Made by a program: the position numbers and the translations under genes. 64,000 bases of DNA from Oligoflexales bacterium (GTDB lineage Bacteria; Bdellovibrionota_B; Oligoflexia; Oligoflexales; Bog-1112), in contig JBGCEP010000026.1 in assembly GCA_045106415.1 (NCBI GenBank), positions 1 through 64,000 of the forward strand, read 5' to 3'. How positions within the stretch are numbered: the stretch's first letter is position 1; each line of letters begins with the position of its first letter. Positions 19,562-28,089 of this stretch are shown piece after piece. The notes beneath the pieces were generated by a model, which saw only the letters and a list, made by a program, of their open reading frames with translations, did not search any database and had not been told where the DNA came from.

Positions 19562-22312
19562 ATGTCAAAATTTAATATCATGTATATATATCTTATTTGT
19601 TTTTTTATAACGTCTTGTATGTCGGGAGAGTCTTCTCAAGAAGCAGGGCAACAAAATTTATCGCAAAAAAATTCTAACCAAGAAAATTTTGATGAAAACC
19701 TTGAGGGAAATGAAATATTGGGTGAAGATTTAGAATTTGAAGAACAAAATAACTATGCCCAAACGATAAACAATGATGGTTCAGATTATAATGATGAAAA
19801 AGAAAAAACATTACCATCAACTTTCCGTGATGGAAGATCTCAAGAAAAACAAAGTTTTGAAGATGAAAATTATGAAGATCAAAACAATAAGATTATCGCA
19901 CAACGTACTCTTTGGTGGGTAGGGTTTGACTCAAGAGAACCTGACGGCCATGTGCGAGTGGAAGTTGTGATAAAAGGAGATGTGAAATATGATATTTTTC
20001 AAGAAATTAATTTGGCAGAACAACCTGAAGTTGTTTTGCGTCTTTATCAAACAAAATCACGAAAAAAACTATTACGTGATATTAATGCTAGTGAGTTTAG
20101 AAGTCCTGTAGCATGGATACGAGTCCGAGAGTCTATGGGGTTTACTGATGTTGTGATGACTCTAAGAGATGAAGTCAAGCCAAAATTATTTACGGAAAAT
20201 GGAAAGTTTTTGTTTTTGTTTTCAATACCAGATCGTTATTATGGCAATAAGTCTATAGGTGTTGCTTCATCAGAAAAAGCTCCGTTATTACATGATGCTG
20301 ATGTTTTCCCTGTTATTTTAGGAGGTAGTGAGTCTCCTAAAGCAATACCAAGAAATTTTTATGCTGAAAATCAAAACTTTGAAAAAATTCAAGAAGAAGA
20401 TTTTAATGACGTTGAACTTGATGAGCCTCCTGAGTTACCTAATGATTTTAATAATGAAGTTTCCTATGATGAGCAAGAATCGTCATCTAATGAAGAACAG
20501 TACAATAATGAAACTCAGCAGCAGTATGATAATAAAGATCAAGATAATTATAATAATCAGCAAGAAGATTATGATGATAATACAAATGATGAAGCACACG
20601 TTATTTGGTCATCCAGCGCTTGGACAGTAGCCCAAGATAATTTGTTTGATGATAATAATGTGTATGATAATGATGCATATGAAGAAGATAATAATATTGG
20701 GCCTGAATCTCCAAATGAAGTTCTTAATAGCAATGGTGGAAATAACGTTAGTATAAATGATGAAAATGTTCAGGTTGGAAATATTCAAGATGATCTTGAA
20801 GGCCAAGATGAAGAAACAATAAAAGTAGCGCCTGTCGTGGCTATGAAAAAAATTGTAGATTTAAATTTTAGAAATTCAAATTTACAAGATGTGATCAGAA
20901 CACTAAGTGAAGAGAGTGAAATGAACTTTCTATTTGCACAAGATGTTCAAAATATTACTGTGAATATTCGACTTAAAAATGTAACATTTGAAGACGCTTT
21001 AGATTCGATTTTAAGAACTTATAGTCTTGCTTCTACGAAATTAGCTCCAAATGTTTATCGTATTGTAAGAATTCAAAATTTAGCTGAAGAAAAAAGAACG
21101 CTAGTTGAATCTCAAAGAGACCATATTGCTTTAATACCAACGAAAATACTAGTTGCTAGGCTTTCTTATACAAAAGCTCCTGATATTGTTGAAATGGTAC
21201 AGCAAATTTTAACAGGAACAGGTGATACGAGAGTTCGAGTTCAATCAGACAAGAGGACGAACTCTTTAATTGTAGAAGCAATACCTTCTGAACTAAGTAA
21301 AGTAAAAGCTCTGATTGAGAGGCTTGATCTTAAAATTCCTCAAGTAAGAATTTCTTCGCGTGTGATTGAAGTGTTGAATGATAAATCGAAATCAATGGGG
21401 ATTAATTGGACTTCACCTTTAGCTCACGATGGTTTACCTGGCCTAGCAGGCGGTAATCTTCCAATACCAAAACGATTAGCTTCTACTTTTGCTATTGATG
21501 CTGGGCAAACAACAACTGGTAATGGTCGTATTAACCTACTGTTAGGGAATATTAATAGTGCTATGGAAATGCGTTTAGGCTTAAGTTTAAGTGAAAATAA
21601 AGGATATACAAAACAGATACAGAATAGCAGTGTGGTTGTTATGGATTCTGAAACAGCTAAAATATCAGCTGTCAAAACAGATTATATTCAGTTAGCAGAA
21701 GCTTTAGAAGAAATTACATATACCGTTGAGCTTGAAGTGACTCCGCAGATTACAGCTGAAGGATCGGTTCTTTTAGATGTTAAAATCACAGCGGCAGATC
21801 CATCTGCAAGTAATGCCGACGGTGAACAAAACTCAAGAAATGAGAGAGCATTAGAAACTCATCTTTTAAAAAGAAGCGGTGAAACAGCAGTGATTGGAGG
21901 TCTTTATACCTCTAGTTCTATTCAAGGGTACGCAGGTGTTCCGTTCTTTTCAAATATTCCTATTATCGGTAGCTTATTCCGCTCAAATCAAGAAACAGAA
22001 GATAGAAGGGATCTTGTTGTTATGATTACTCCTGAAATTGTAGGAGGAGAAAATAATGAAGAGTTCTCTGTCGTGGAATCTGGCAATAATTTAAACAGCC
22101 CGATGTCAGAAGAAGATGATTTTGAAAATCCAGCTAATTTTGGTGATGGTTTTGATGATGCTACCGATGTTGAAGTAGCGCCTTTGGATGAAAATAATCA
22201 ACAACAAGCACAACAAGAGGAACAAGACCAAAATCAACAGCAAAATCAACAGTACCAAGAACAAAATCAACAGTACCAACAGCAAAATCAACAACAAATT
22301 CAGCAAAGTTAG
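19562..22312 (+). CDS. pilQ: Type IV pilus secretin PilQ with lipobox and N/D/Q-rich insertions
   Basis: DKRTNSLIV, PQVRISSRVIE, LEVTPQIT, GETAVIGG, GVPFFSNIPIIGSLF, ITPEIV; start at the ATG after GAGG gives FITSC lipobox. Confidence 0.92.
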   Translation: MSKFNIMYIYLICFFITSCMSGESSQEAGQQNLSQKNSNQENFDENLEGNEILGEDLEFEEQNNYAQTINNDGSDYNDEKEKTLPSTFRDGRSQEKQSFEDENYEDQNNKIIAQRTLWWVGFDSREPDGHVRVEVVIKGDVKYDIFQEINLAEQPEVVLRLYQTKSRKKLLRDINASEFRSPVAWIRVRESMGFTDVVMTLRDEVKPKLFTENGKFLFLFSIPDRYYGNKSIGVASSEKAPLLHDADVFPVILGGSESPKAIPRNFYAENQNFEKIQEEDFNDVELDEPPELPNDFNNEVSYDEQESSSNEEQYNNETQQQYDNKDQDNYNNQQEDYDDNTNDEAHVIWSSSAWTVAQDNLFDDNNVYDNDAYEEDNNIGPESPNEVLNSNGGNNVSINDENVQVGNIQDDLEGQDEETIKVAPVVAMKKIVDLNFRNSNLQDVIRTLSEESEMNFLFAQDVQNITVNIRLKNVTFEDALDSILRTYSLASTKLAPNVYRIVRIQNLAEEKRTLVESQRDHIALIPTKILVARLSYTKAPDIVEMVQQILTGTGDTRVRVQSDKRTNSLIVEAIPSELSKVKALIERLDLKIPQVRISSRVIEVLNDKSKSMGINWTSPLAHDGLPGLAGGNLPIPKRLASTFAIDAGQTTTGNGRINLLLGNINSAMEMRLGLSLSENKGYTKQIQNSSVVVMDSETAKISAVKTDYIQLAEALEEITYTVELEVTPQITAEGSVLLDVKITAADPSASNADGEQNSRNERALETHLLKRSGETAVIGGLYTSSSIQGYAGVPFFSNIPIIGSLFRSNQETEDRRDLVVMITPEIVGGENNEEFSVVESGNNLNSPMSEEDDFENPANFGDGFDDATDVEVAPLDENNQQQAQQEEQDQNQQQNQQYQEQNQQYQQQNQQQIQQS
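22196..22308 (+). repeat. Low-complexity Q/N repeat (CAAAATCAACAG units) at the PilQ C-terminus
   Basis: NNQQQAQQEEQDQNQQQNQQYQEQNQQYQQQNQQQIQQS. Confidence 0.85.
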
Positions 22313-22327
22313 GTGGAGAATTCAGTT

Positions 22328-22969
22328 ATGATGAAAAAATCTAATATTTTTGTTTTAGTATTTTTACATATATTTACAGGCTGTCTTCCAGACGCGAGCC
22401 TTGACGATCCAGGTGTGTGCGCTCTGCAGTGTGAATCTGCTTATTTAGCAAATAGATTTAAAAATACTGTTCAATTTGAATTTTTATCAGGCGGTGAAGA
22501 GGATTCCTTAAATTTGAACTGTGCAGATGCCATTGCGCTTGCACAAATTGACGCAGATGAAGATGGTGTTGCGGATATAGATCCTACCCAAATATTTTGG
22601 GGGCCGATAGCTTTGTATTTTGGTATGACATCACCCATACCTCGTCGAGAACTGAATGATGATACAAGAGAGTTGGAATCGGCAACTGATCCTGTGCCTG
22701 TGTCAGCAGTCAGTTTTGAACCAATTGTTTACGGTTTAGTTGATGAATCTCAAACAAATCCGGCAATAAGTCGTTTTGGAAGTGATGCAAGCACATTATA
22801 TCGTGGTGTTCTTACCTCACCTGATTCATGGTGCTCTGATGCCTGTGGTATTGCTAAAGTTGAAATTGTACCCAGATGTATGGCAAGTGGGGATACAAAT
22901 ACTGTTAACGTATTGTTGCATTCAGGATCTGTTGTTGGAACAGCATCTGTTATTACAGAGGTTGAATAA
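22328..22969 (+). CDS. Cys-containing lipoprotein, hypothetical
   Basis: MMKKSNIFVLVFLHIFTGC lipobox; directly after pilQ. Confidence 0.75.
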   Translation: MMKKSNIFVLVFLHIFTGCLPDASLDDPGVCALQCESAYLANRFKNTVQFEFLSGGEEDSLNLNCADAIALAQIDADEDGVADIDPTQIFWGPIALYFGMTSPIPRRELNDDTRELESATDPVPVSAVSFEPIVYGLVDESQTNPAISRFGSDASTLYRGVLTSPDSWCSDACGIAKVEIVPRCMASGDTNTVNVLLHSGSVVGTASVITEVE

Positions 22970-23730
22970 TGGCTCACCAAACACACCCAATGTTATTAGG
23001 TCTTGATAGAAATACATTAAAACCAACAGAATTGATTATAATTAAAAAATTTGAAAAAGATCCTGAATATTTAGGTTTTCTCCCAGTATCAGATATTTTA
23101 AAATCTTATGGGTATCATCATCAATCATTAGAAATTTTAATTCAAGGGGTTGAAGATCATCCATATTTTACAGCTGCGAGAGTCCATTTAGTAAAAGAAC
23201 TATTTGATCAAGGTTTGTTTAGGCATAGCTGGCAAATATTTGAACAATCTCCTTGTATTTTAGATCAAAATCCGACCGCTCTTATTTTGAAATGGAAATT
23301 ATCAATTCTCCTAAGATTTGAAAAACTAGCGTTTGATATTTCTTATGATTTACAATCTAAAAAAAATTTTGATAAAGATATCAAAGAAAAATGCGAACTT
23401 ATTGTTTCTGGCTTCTTTTCTCAGGTGGAATCATCATTAAAAGAGAGTCTTCTAGAGCAAAGAATTCCTTTAGATGATCTAAAAGAAATAAAAAGGTCTA
23501 TAAATCAACCGACCTATGATAAAAAATGGTCTGGGTTTCAGTCTTGTCATTTAAAAAAAGCATTCGAAAGATCGAAGACAGGATCAATAAAGGAAAGTAT
23601 GGAATTTTCAAATGATGATGATTTAAGTGATGATCTTTTAAAAATAATAGGAATGCCGATTTTTAATAAAAAAGAAAATAATATAAAGAAAAAATATTAT
23701 AATTTGCTGCTTCGAACTTTAGAGATGTAG
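22969..23730 (+). CDS. Hypothetical protein, possibly TPR-like N-terminus
   Basis: FLPVSDILKS..G....LEIL.QG.E.HP.FTAARV.L pattern; stop/start overlap. Confidence 0.6.
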   Translation: MAHQTHPMLLGLDRNTLKPTELIIIKKFEKDPEYLGFLPVSDILKSYGYHHQSLEILIQGVEDHPYFTAARVHLVKELFDQGLFRHSWQIFEQSPCILDQNPTALILKWKLSILLRFEKLAFDISYDLQSKKNFDKDIKEKCELIVSGFFSQVESSLKESLLEQRIPLDDLKEIKRSINQPTYDKKWSGFQSCHLKKAFERSKTGSIKESMEFSNDDDLSDDLLKIIGMPIFNKKENNIKKKYYNLLLRTLEM

Positions 23731-23731
23731 A

Positions 23732-24178
23732 ATGAAGACATATGGTATTAAAATATTAAATGGTGTAAATTTAGATCTTCTTGGCACGAGAGAGCCACAT
23801 ATTTATGGTGCTAAAGATTTAATGGATTTAGAAAAATTTCTTCGTGATTTATTAAAAAAATGGTCAATAAATCATGTGGAATTGAGTTTTTTTCAATCGA
23901 ATCAAGAAAGTGAATTTCTTAACAGTATGACTTCATCGTCTGATGCAATGATTATTAATGCAGGAGCATGGTCTCATACGAGTTTAGCGATTGCTGATCG
24001 ACTTAAGGCAATTCATGTTCCTTATATAGAAGTGCATTTATCTAATGTTTTCGATAGAGAAACATATCGCCACCACTCTTGGCTAAGTCCAAGAGCTGTG
24101 AGTGTGGTGAGTGGTGGTGGATTTAGTGCTTACAGTATGGCTTTATGGGGACTTATAGAGCATTTGCGTTTATCGTAA
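23732..24178 (+). CDS. aroQ: Type II 3-dehydroquinate dehydratase
   Basis: NGVNLDLLGTREPHIYG, INAGAWSHTS, EVHLSN. Confidence 0.95.
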   Translation: MKTYGIKILNGVNLDLLGTREPHIYGAKDLMDLEKFLRDLLKKWSINHVELSFFQSNQESEFLNSMTSSSDAMIINAGAWSHTSLAIADRLKAIHVPYIEVHLSNVFDRETYRHHSWLSPRAVSVVSGGGFSAYSMALWGLIEHLRLS

Positions 24179-24179
24179 G

Positions 24180-24842
24180 TTAAGAAGATGTTCTTGTGAT
24201 TGTACTCCAGTTATGTTGCGTATTTGCTCCGTTTCTTCTGTAGCTATTCCATTTTTTGTTGTGATGAGTGCATTCTCTTATTGTATAGATAGATGATGGT
24301 GGTACTTCGTACTCTTTAAAGATAAACAGAGCTAATTGATTGAGATCAAGATGCCATCGATCGTTTATACCTTTTGTTGAAGCAAGAAAAAAATCTTCTG
24401 ATGAAAATTGCATCTTAAAGCTTTCTATGACTTCTGGTCCGATTTCGAAGCAGCATGGGCCAATTGATGGACCTATTACAACTTTTAATTGTGATTTTTT
24501 AAAAGATGACAGCGTATTTTGTATGACCCCAGATGCTAAACCTTTCCAACCAGCGTGAATCCCGCCAATTCGATGTTGATCCCAGATGAGTATAGGGAGG
24601 CAATCGGCTGTTCTTATAGCGAGTTCACAGTGATTCTGCTCTGTCGAAAAAGCATCTCCCATGAGATGCTCTGTGGATTGTTCGTTGACACATAGATGTC
24701 GATTACTATGGACTTGATGGAGTTTATTTTTAGGTGAAAAGCAGTGGCCTTTCCCATAAAAATTCAGTCTAATATTATGAAATTTGGGTAAATCTTGTAG
24801 AGAAATGAAATGAGATTTATCTAAATATTCCCAACTTTGCAT
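24180..24842 (-). CDS. pgeF: YfiH/PgeF (laccase-domain) family protein
   Basis: QVHS, TADCLPIL, HAGWKG, GPSIGPCCFE, SYRR. Confidence 0.9.
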   Translation of the reverse strand: MQSWEYLDKSHFISLQDLPKFHNIRLNFYGKGHCFSPKNKLHQVHSNRHLCVNEQSTEHLMGDAFSTEQNHCELAIRTADCLPILIWDQHRIGGIHAGWKGLASGVIQNTLSSFKKSQLKVVIGPSIGPCCFEIGPEVIESFKMQFSSEDFFLASTKGINDRWHLDLNQLALFIFKEYEVPPSSIYTIRECTHHNKKWNSYRRNGANTQHNWSTITRTSS

Positions 24843-24905
24843 TTTTCCTCCTTAAAGAAGGTTATAATAAAAACGGACGTCCAACTATAGCTGTGTGAGG
24901 GAATA

Positions 24906-26159
24906 ATGTCAGGTGATCTTTTGGATGATAGGCCAATTCTTGTTGTTGATGATGATATTGCCATTCAGAACTTAATGAAAAGGCAGCTCTCAGATATTGG
25001 AGCTCATCATATTGATACAGCAAGCCGTGGCGATGATGCTTGGGGTCTACTTTGTGACCATCACTATCGCCTTATTATTCTAGATTGGAGATTGCCTGGC
25101 TTAGGTGGAGTCACTCTTTTTAATCGTTTAAGGTTAAAAGTTGATTATGCAAGAACACCTATTCTTGTTGTTTCAGGATTTGTTACAAAAAAAGATTTTT
25201 CTCTTTTAGATGATTATCCTTGCACAGATTTTTTAGAAAAACCTTTTTCAAAGCTGCAAACAGAACAAGCTGTAGAAGATCTTTTAAAAACATCAAACTG
25301 GTATGTACAAAGTGAAGAAAAGTTATCATTAATATTAAAAAAACATCAACGTAATCCTGTTGTCATGGTAGAAGAAGTAGATAAAATTATTGCAGGAAAC
25401 CCTAAGCCCTTAGCTATATGCTTGATTGTAGCAAGGTATTTAAGAAAAATGGAGAATTATCATGACGCTTCATTATATGCAAAAAAAGCGCTAAATTATG
25501 ATAAGAACTCCTTAGCTGCGATGACAGAAATGGCAAAAATATTACACCTTCAAGGTCAAATTGATAGCGCGACAAAAATGTTGCGCATGGTTTCTCAGAT
25601 TTCTATGCAAAATATTGATAGACTGTGCTTACTAGGAGAACTAGAAATGACTTCAGGTAAGCCTAAAGAAGCAAGACAAGTTTTTGCAAAAGCTCTTGAC
25701 CTTGATTCAGAGTGTGAAAAAGCAAAAACAGGAACTGAATTTGCAAATCAATTAGAAGAATTTCAAGCGCATAGCCAAGAATCTATTCCTCAAAACCTTG
25801 CGGGTATAGCTAATATTATGGGTATTTCTCTTGCTAAAAAAGGAAAATTAAAAGAAGCAGAGAAAACATATCATGCAGCAATGTCTTTTTTAACAGATAG
25901 GTCTGAGCAAGCGAAAATATGGTTTAATCTTGGTATTTGTCATTTAAAATATGGAGATCATAAAAAAGGAATAGCACTTATGGAGAAAAGTGTTCAATGT
26001 GGTGGTGACGTTTTTTTAAGAGCAGGTCAAGTTTTAGATCAACTTCGTTTTGGAAACACATCCCAAGAAACGATAGATTTTTATCATTTAGATGATGAAG
26101 AACTTCATGATGGAGTTTATGATCAAGAATCGTTTGGAATAAGTCGAATGTGGTTTTGA
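24906..26159 (+). CDS. Response regulator receiver + TPR protein
   Basis: LVVDDD, ILDW, KPF receiver motifs followed by TPR-like helices. Confidence 0.85.
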   Translation: MSGDLLDDRPILVVDDDIAIQNLMKRQLSDIGAHHIDTASRGDDAWGLLCDHHYRLIILDWRLPGLGGVTLFNRLRLKVDYARTPILVVSGFVTKKDFSLLDDYPCTDFLEKPFSKLQTEQAVEDLLKTSNWYVQSEEKLSLILKKHQRNPVVMVEEVDKIIAGNPKPLAICLIVARYLRKMENYHDASLYAKKALNYDKNSLAAMTEMAKILHLQGQIDSATKMLRMVSQISMQNIDRLCLLGELEMTSGKPKEARQVFAKALDLDSECEKAKTGTEFANQLEEFQAHSQESIPQNLAGIANIMGISLAKKGKLKEAEKTYHAAMSFLTDRSEQAKIWFNLGICHLKYGDHKKGIALMEKSVQCGGDVFLRAGQVLDQLRFGNTSQETIDFYHLDDEELHDGVYDQESFGISRMWF

Positions 26160-26160
26160 T

Positions 26161-27633
26161 TTATTCATTTTGTTTGATTAATATATCGATTTCTTTTTTG
26201 ATTTTTTCAAACTCAATTTTTTCATCTTTAATTAAAGAAGAAATTTTTTCATAACTCCATTTGTTATCAGAAGCTTCTTCAATTGTGTTGAGTAATGACT
26301 CTAGTTTAAGAGCACCAATATTTGCTGCCATGCCTCGAAGTTTATGGGACTTTCTTCCTATTTTGTATAAATCTTTTTCATTTTGAAGTTCATTATGAAC
26401 CTCTGATCCGTGATTACGAAAAAGTTCAAAGACTTCAAGAAGAAATTTTTTTGAATGTTCATGTGAGATCGATAGTAAATCGTGTATTCGTTGAGGTGAC
26501 AATGTCGAATTATCAAAATCTATTAAAGGAATAGAGATTGATAGGGAGGTTTTTTTCTTAGACATGGCATGAATTGATGTAGACCATTTCTTAATTAGGT
26601 TTAAAAAATCATCAATATCTAGTGGTTTAAATAAAACTCCTCCCATACCTGAACTTTTACATTTTTTGTCTAAAAATTTATCATTCTTCCCAATGAATGC
26701 AACAATAAGAGGTGTTTTCTCAGTTTTTTTTGCAAGAATATTTTGAGTTGTGATAAACCCGTCTTGCCGAGGCATTTGACAGTCCATAAGAATCAGATCA
26801 AATAAATATTTATTGTGTTTTTTTTCTGCTATATCTCCATCATCCGCTATTTCACATAGATCGCAAAAAGGTTCTAACATAGCTTGAGAGACAGTAAGAT
26901 TTAGGTGGTTGTCATCTACAATAAGAACCTTGGGTTTTTTAGGATTTTTAATGTGTCGAGTTTTATGTTTTTCGTGAGATATTTTAAAACCTTTACCATA
27001 AATAGTTTCAATTTGAATAAGGCTTCCAATTTCAATTAAAATCTGCCTTATATTCTGAATTTTTTTATCTAGAGTATTAGGGGAAAGATGAGTTCCTCCC
27101 CAAATTCTATTTAGAATGTCTTCACGGGTTGTCATCATACCTGGAATACGTATCATAAGTTTTAGAATAGCCATTTCTTTTTTGGGTATAGGTGAGACTT
27201 TTTTGTTACATTGAATGTTACTTTGAATATCATCAAATATAACATCTGCATACGAAAATCTTTCAGACTTATCTGAAACGTGTTTGAGTAGTCGTGCACA
27301 AATAATCTCTTTTTTAAGAGGTTTTTCTATAAAGTCATCAGCCCCAAGGGACAGAGATTCTTTGATATAGGGTTTGTCATTATGGCTGGTCATAATAAAA
27401 ATAGGAGTATGATTCCATATTTTTTGTAAAGGTTGGATAAGTTCTAAGCCTAGGATATTTGAATCGAGGTGGATATCTAAAAAAACTGCAATTGGGTGAA
27501 ATTGAGAAGCTTTTCTAAGAAGTTGATGTGGGTCTATGAATGTAACTGTTTTCACACCAGTGAAGTCTTCAATGATCCGGTGAGTCATAGGGTCATCATC
27601 AAGGACAATAATATATTCCGATTTTTTAATCAT
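26161..27633 (-). CDS. Multidomain regulator REC-wHTH(OmpR-like)-REC-HPt
   Basis: Two receiver domains, TREDIL.RIWG...IETIYGKGF winged helix, HKLRGMAANIGA HPt motif. Confidence 0.85.
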   Translation of the reverse strand: MIKKSEYIIVLDDDPMTHRIIEDFTGVKTVTFIDPHQLLRKASQFHPIAVFLDIHLDSNILGLELIQPLQKIWNHTPIFIMTSHNDKPYIKESLSLGADDFIEKPLKKEIICARLLKHVSDKSERFSYADVIFDDIQSNIQCNKKVSPIPKKEMAILKLMIRIPGMMTTREDILNRIWGGTHLSPNTLDKKIQNIRQILIEIGSLIQIETIYGKGFKISHEKHKTRHIKNPKKPKVLIVDDNHLNLTVSQAMLEPFCDLCEIADDGDIAEKKHNKYLFDLILMDCQMPRQDGFITTQNILAKKTEKTPLIVAFIGKNDKFLDKKCKSSGMGGVLFKPLDIDDFLNLIKKWSTSIHAMSKKKTSLSISIPLIDFDNSTLSPQRIHDLLSISHEHSKKFLLEVFELFRNHGSEVHNELQNEKDLYKIGRKSHKLRGMAANIGALKLESLLNTIEEASDNKWSYEKISSLIKDEKIEFEKIKKEIDILIKQNE

Positions 27634-28089
27634 AACTCACCTCGTTATATTGTTAACTCATCGGATGTGGAGAAGTTCTACTCAAATAGAAAGAAATATT
27701 TTTTTTAAATATAAGATAAAATAAGATTTTTTATATTTATGTCGGTATTCTTGTTGAGGTGTGATTTTTATCATTTCATGACGCATGATGATCATTGCAC
27801 GTTAATTTTTTTAATTGTGTGAAGGCAGATATTTAGCGAAAAAAAATTTTAAAACCAATACCTTATATTTAGAGAATGCCCAGAGGATAAACTTAAAATG
27901 CTATATTTCTGTATAGGTTTAAAATGAAACTTTGTCTTTTCTATAAGTTGATACCACGCAGCTTGCTATTATCTTTAAATTAAAGCAGCATAAATATCCC
28001 TAACATGCTGTGAAGAAAAAGTTTTTCATATCTAAGATTATTGAGAAAGGTGAATGTTATGCCAACTAAAAAAGAATCAATATGAGAAT

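Noticed and set aside
27634..28089. Possible DGR template repeat or accessory gene next to the CLec-tipped adhesin
   Set aside because: No similarity to the 28090-28260 region and no RT-like ORF seen anywhere in the window
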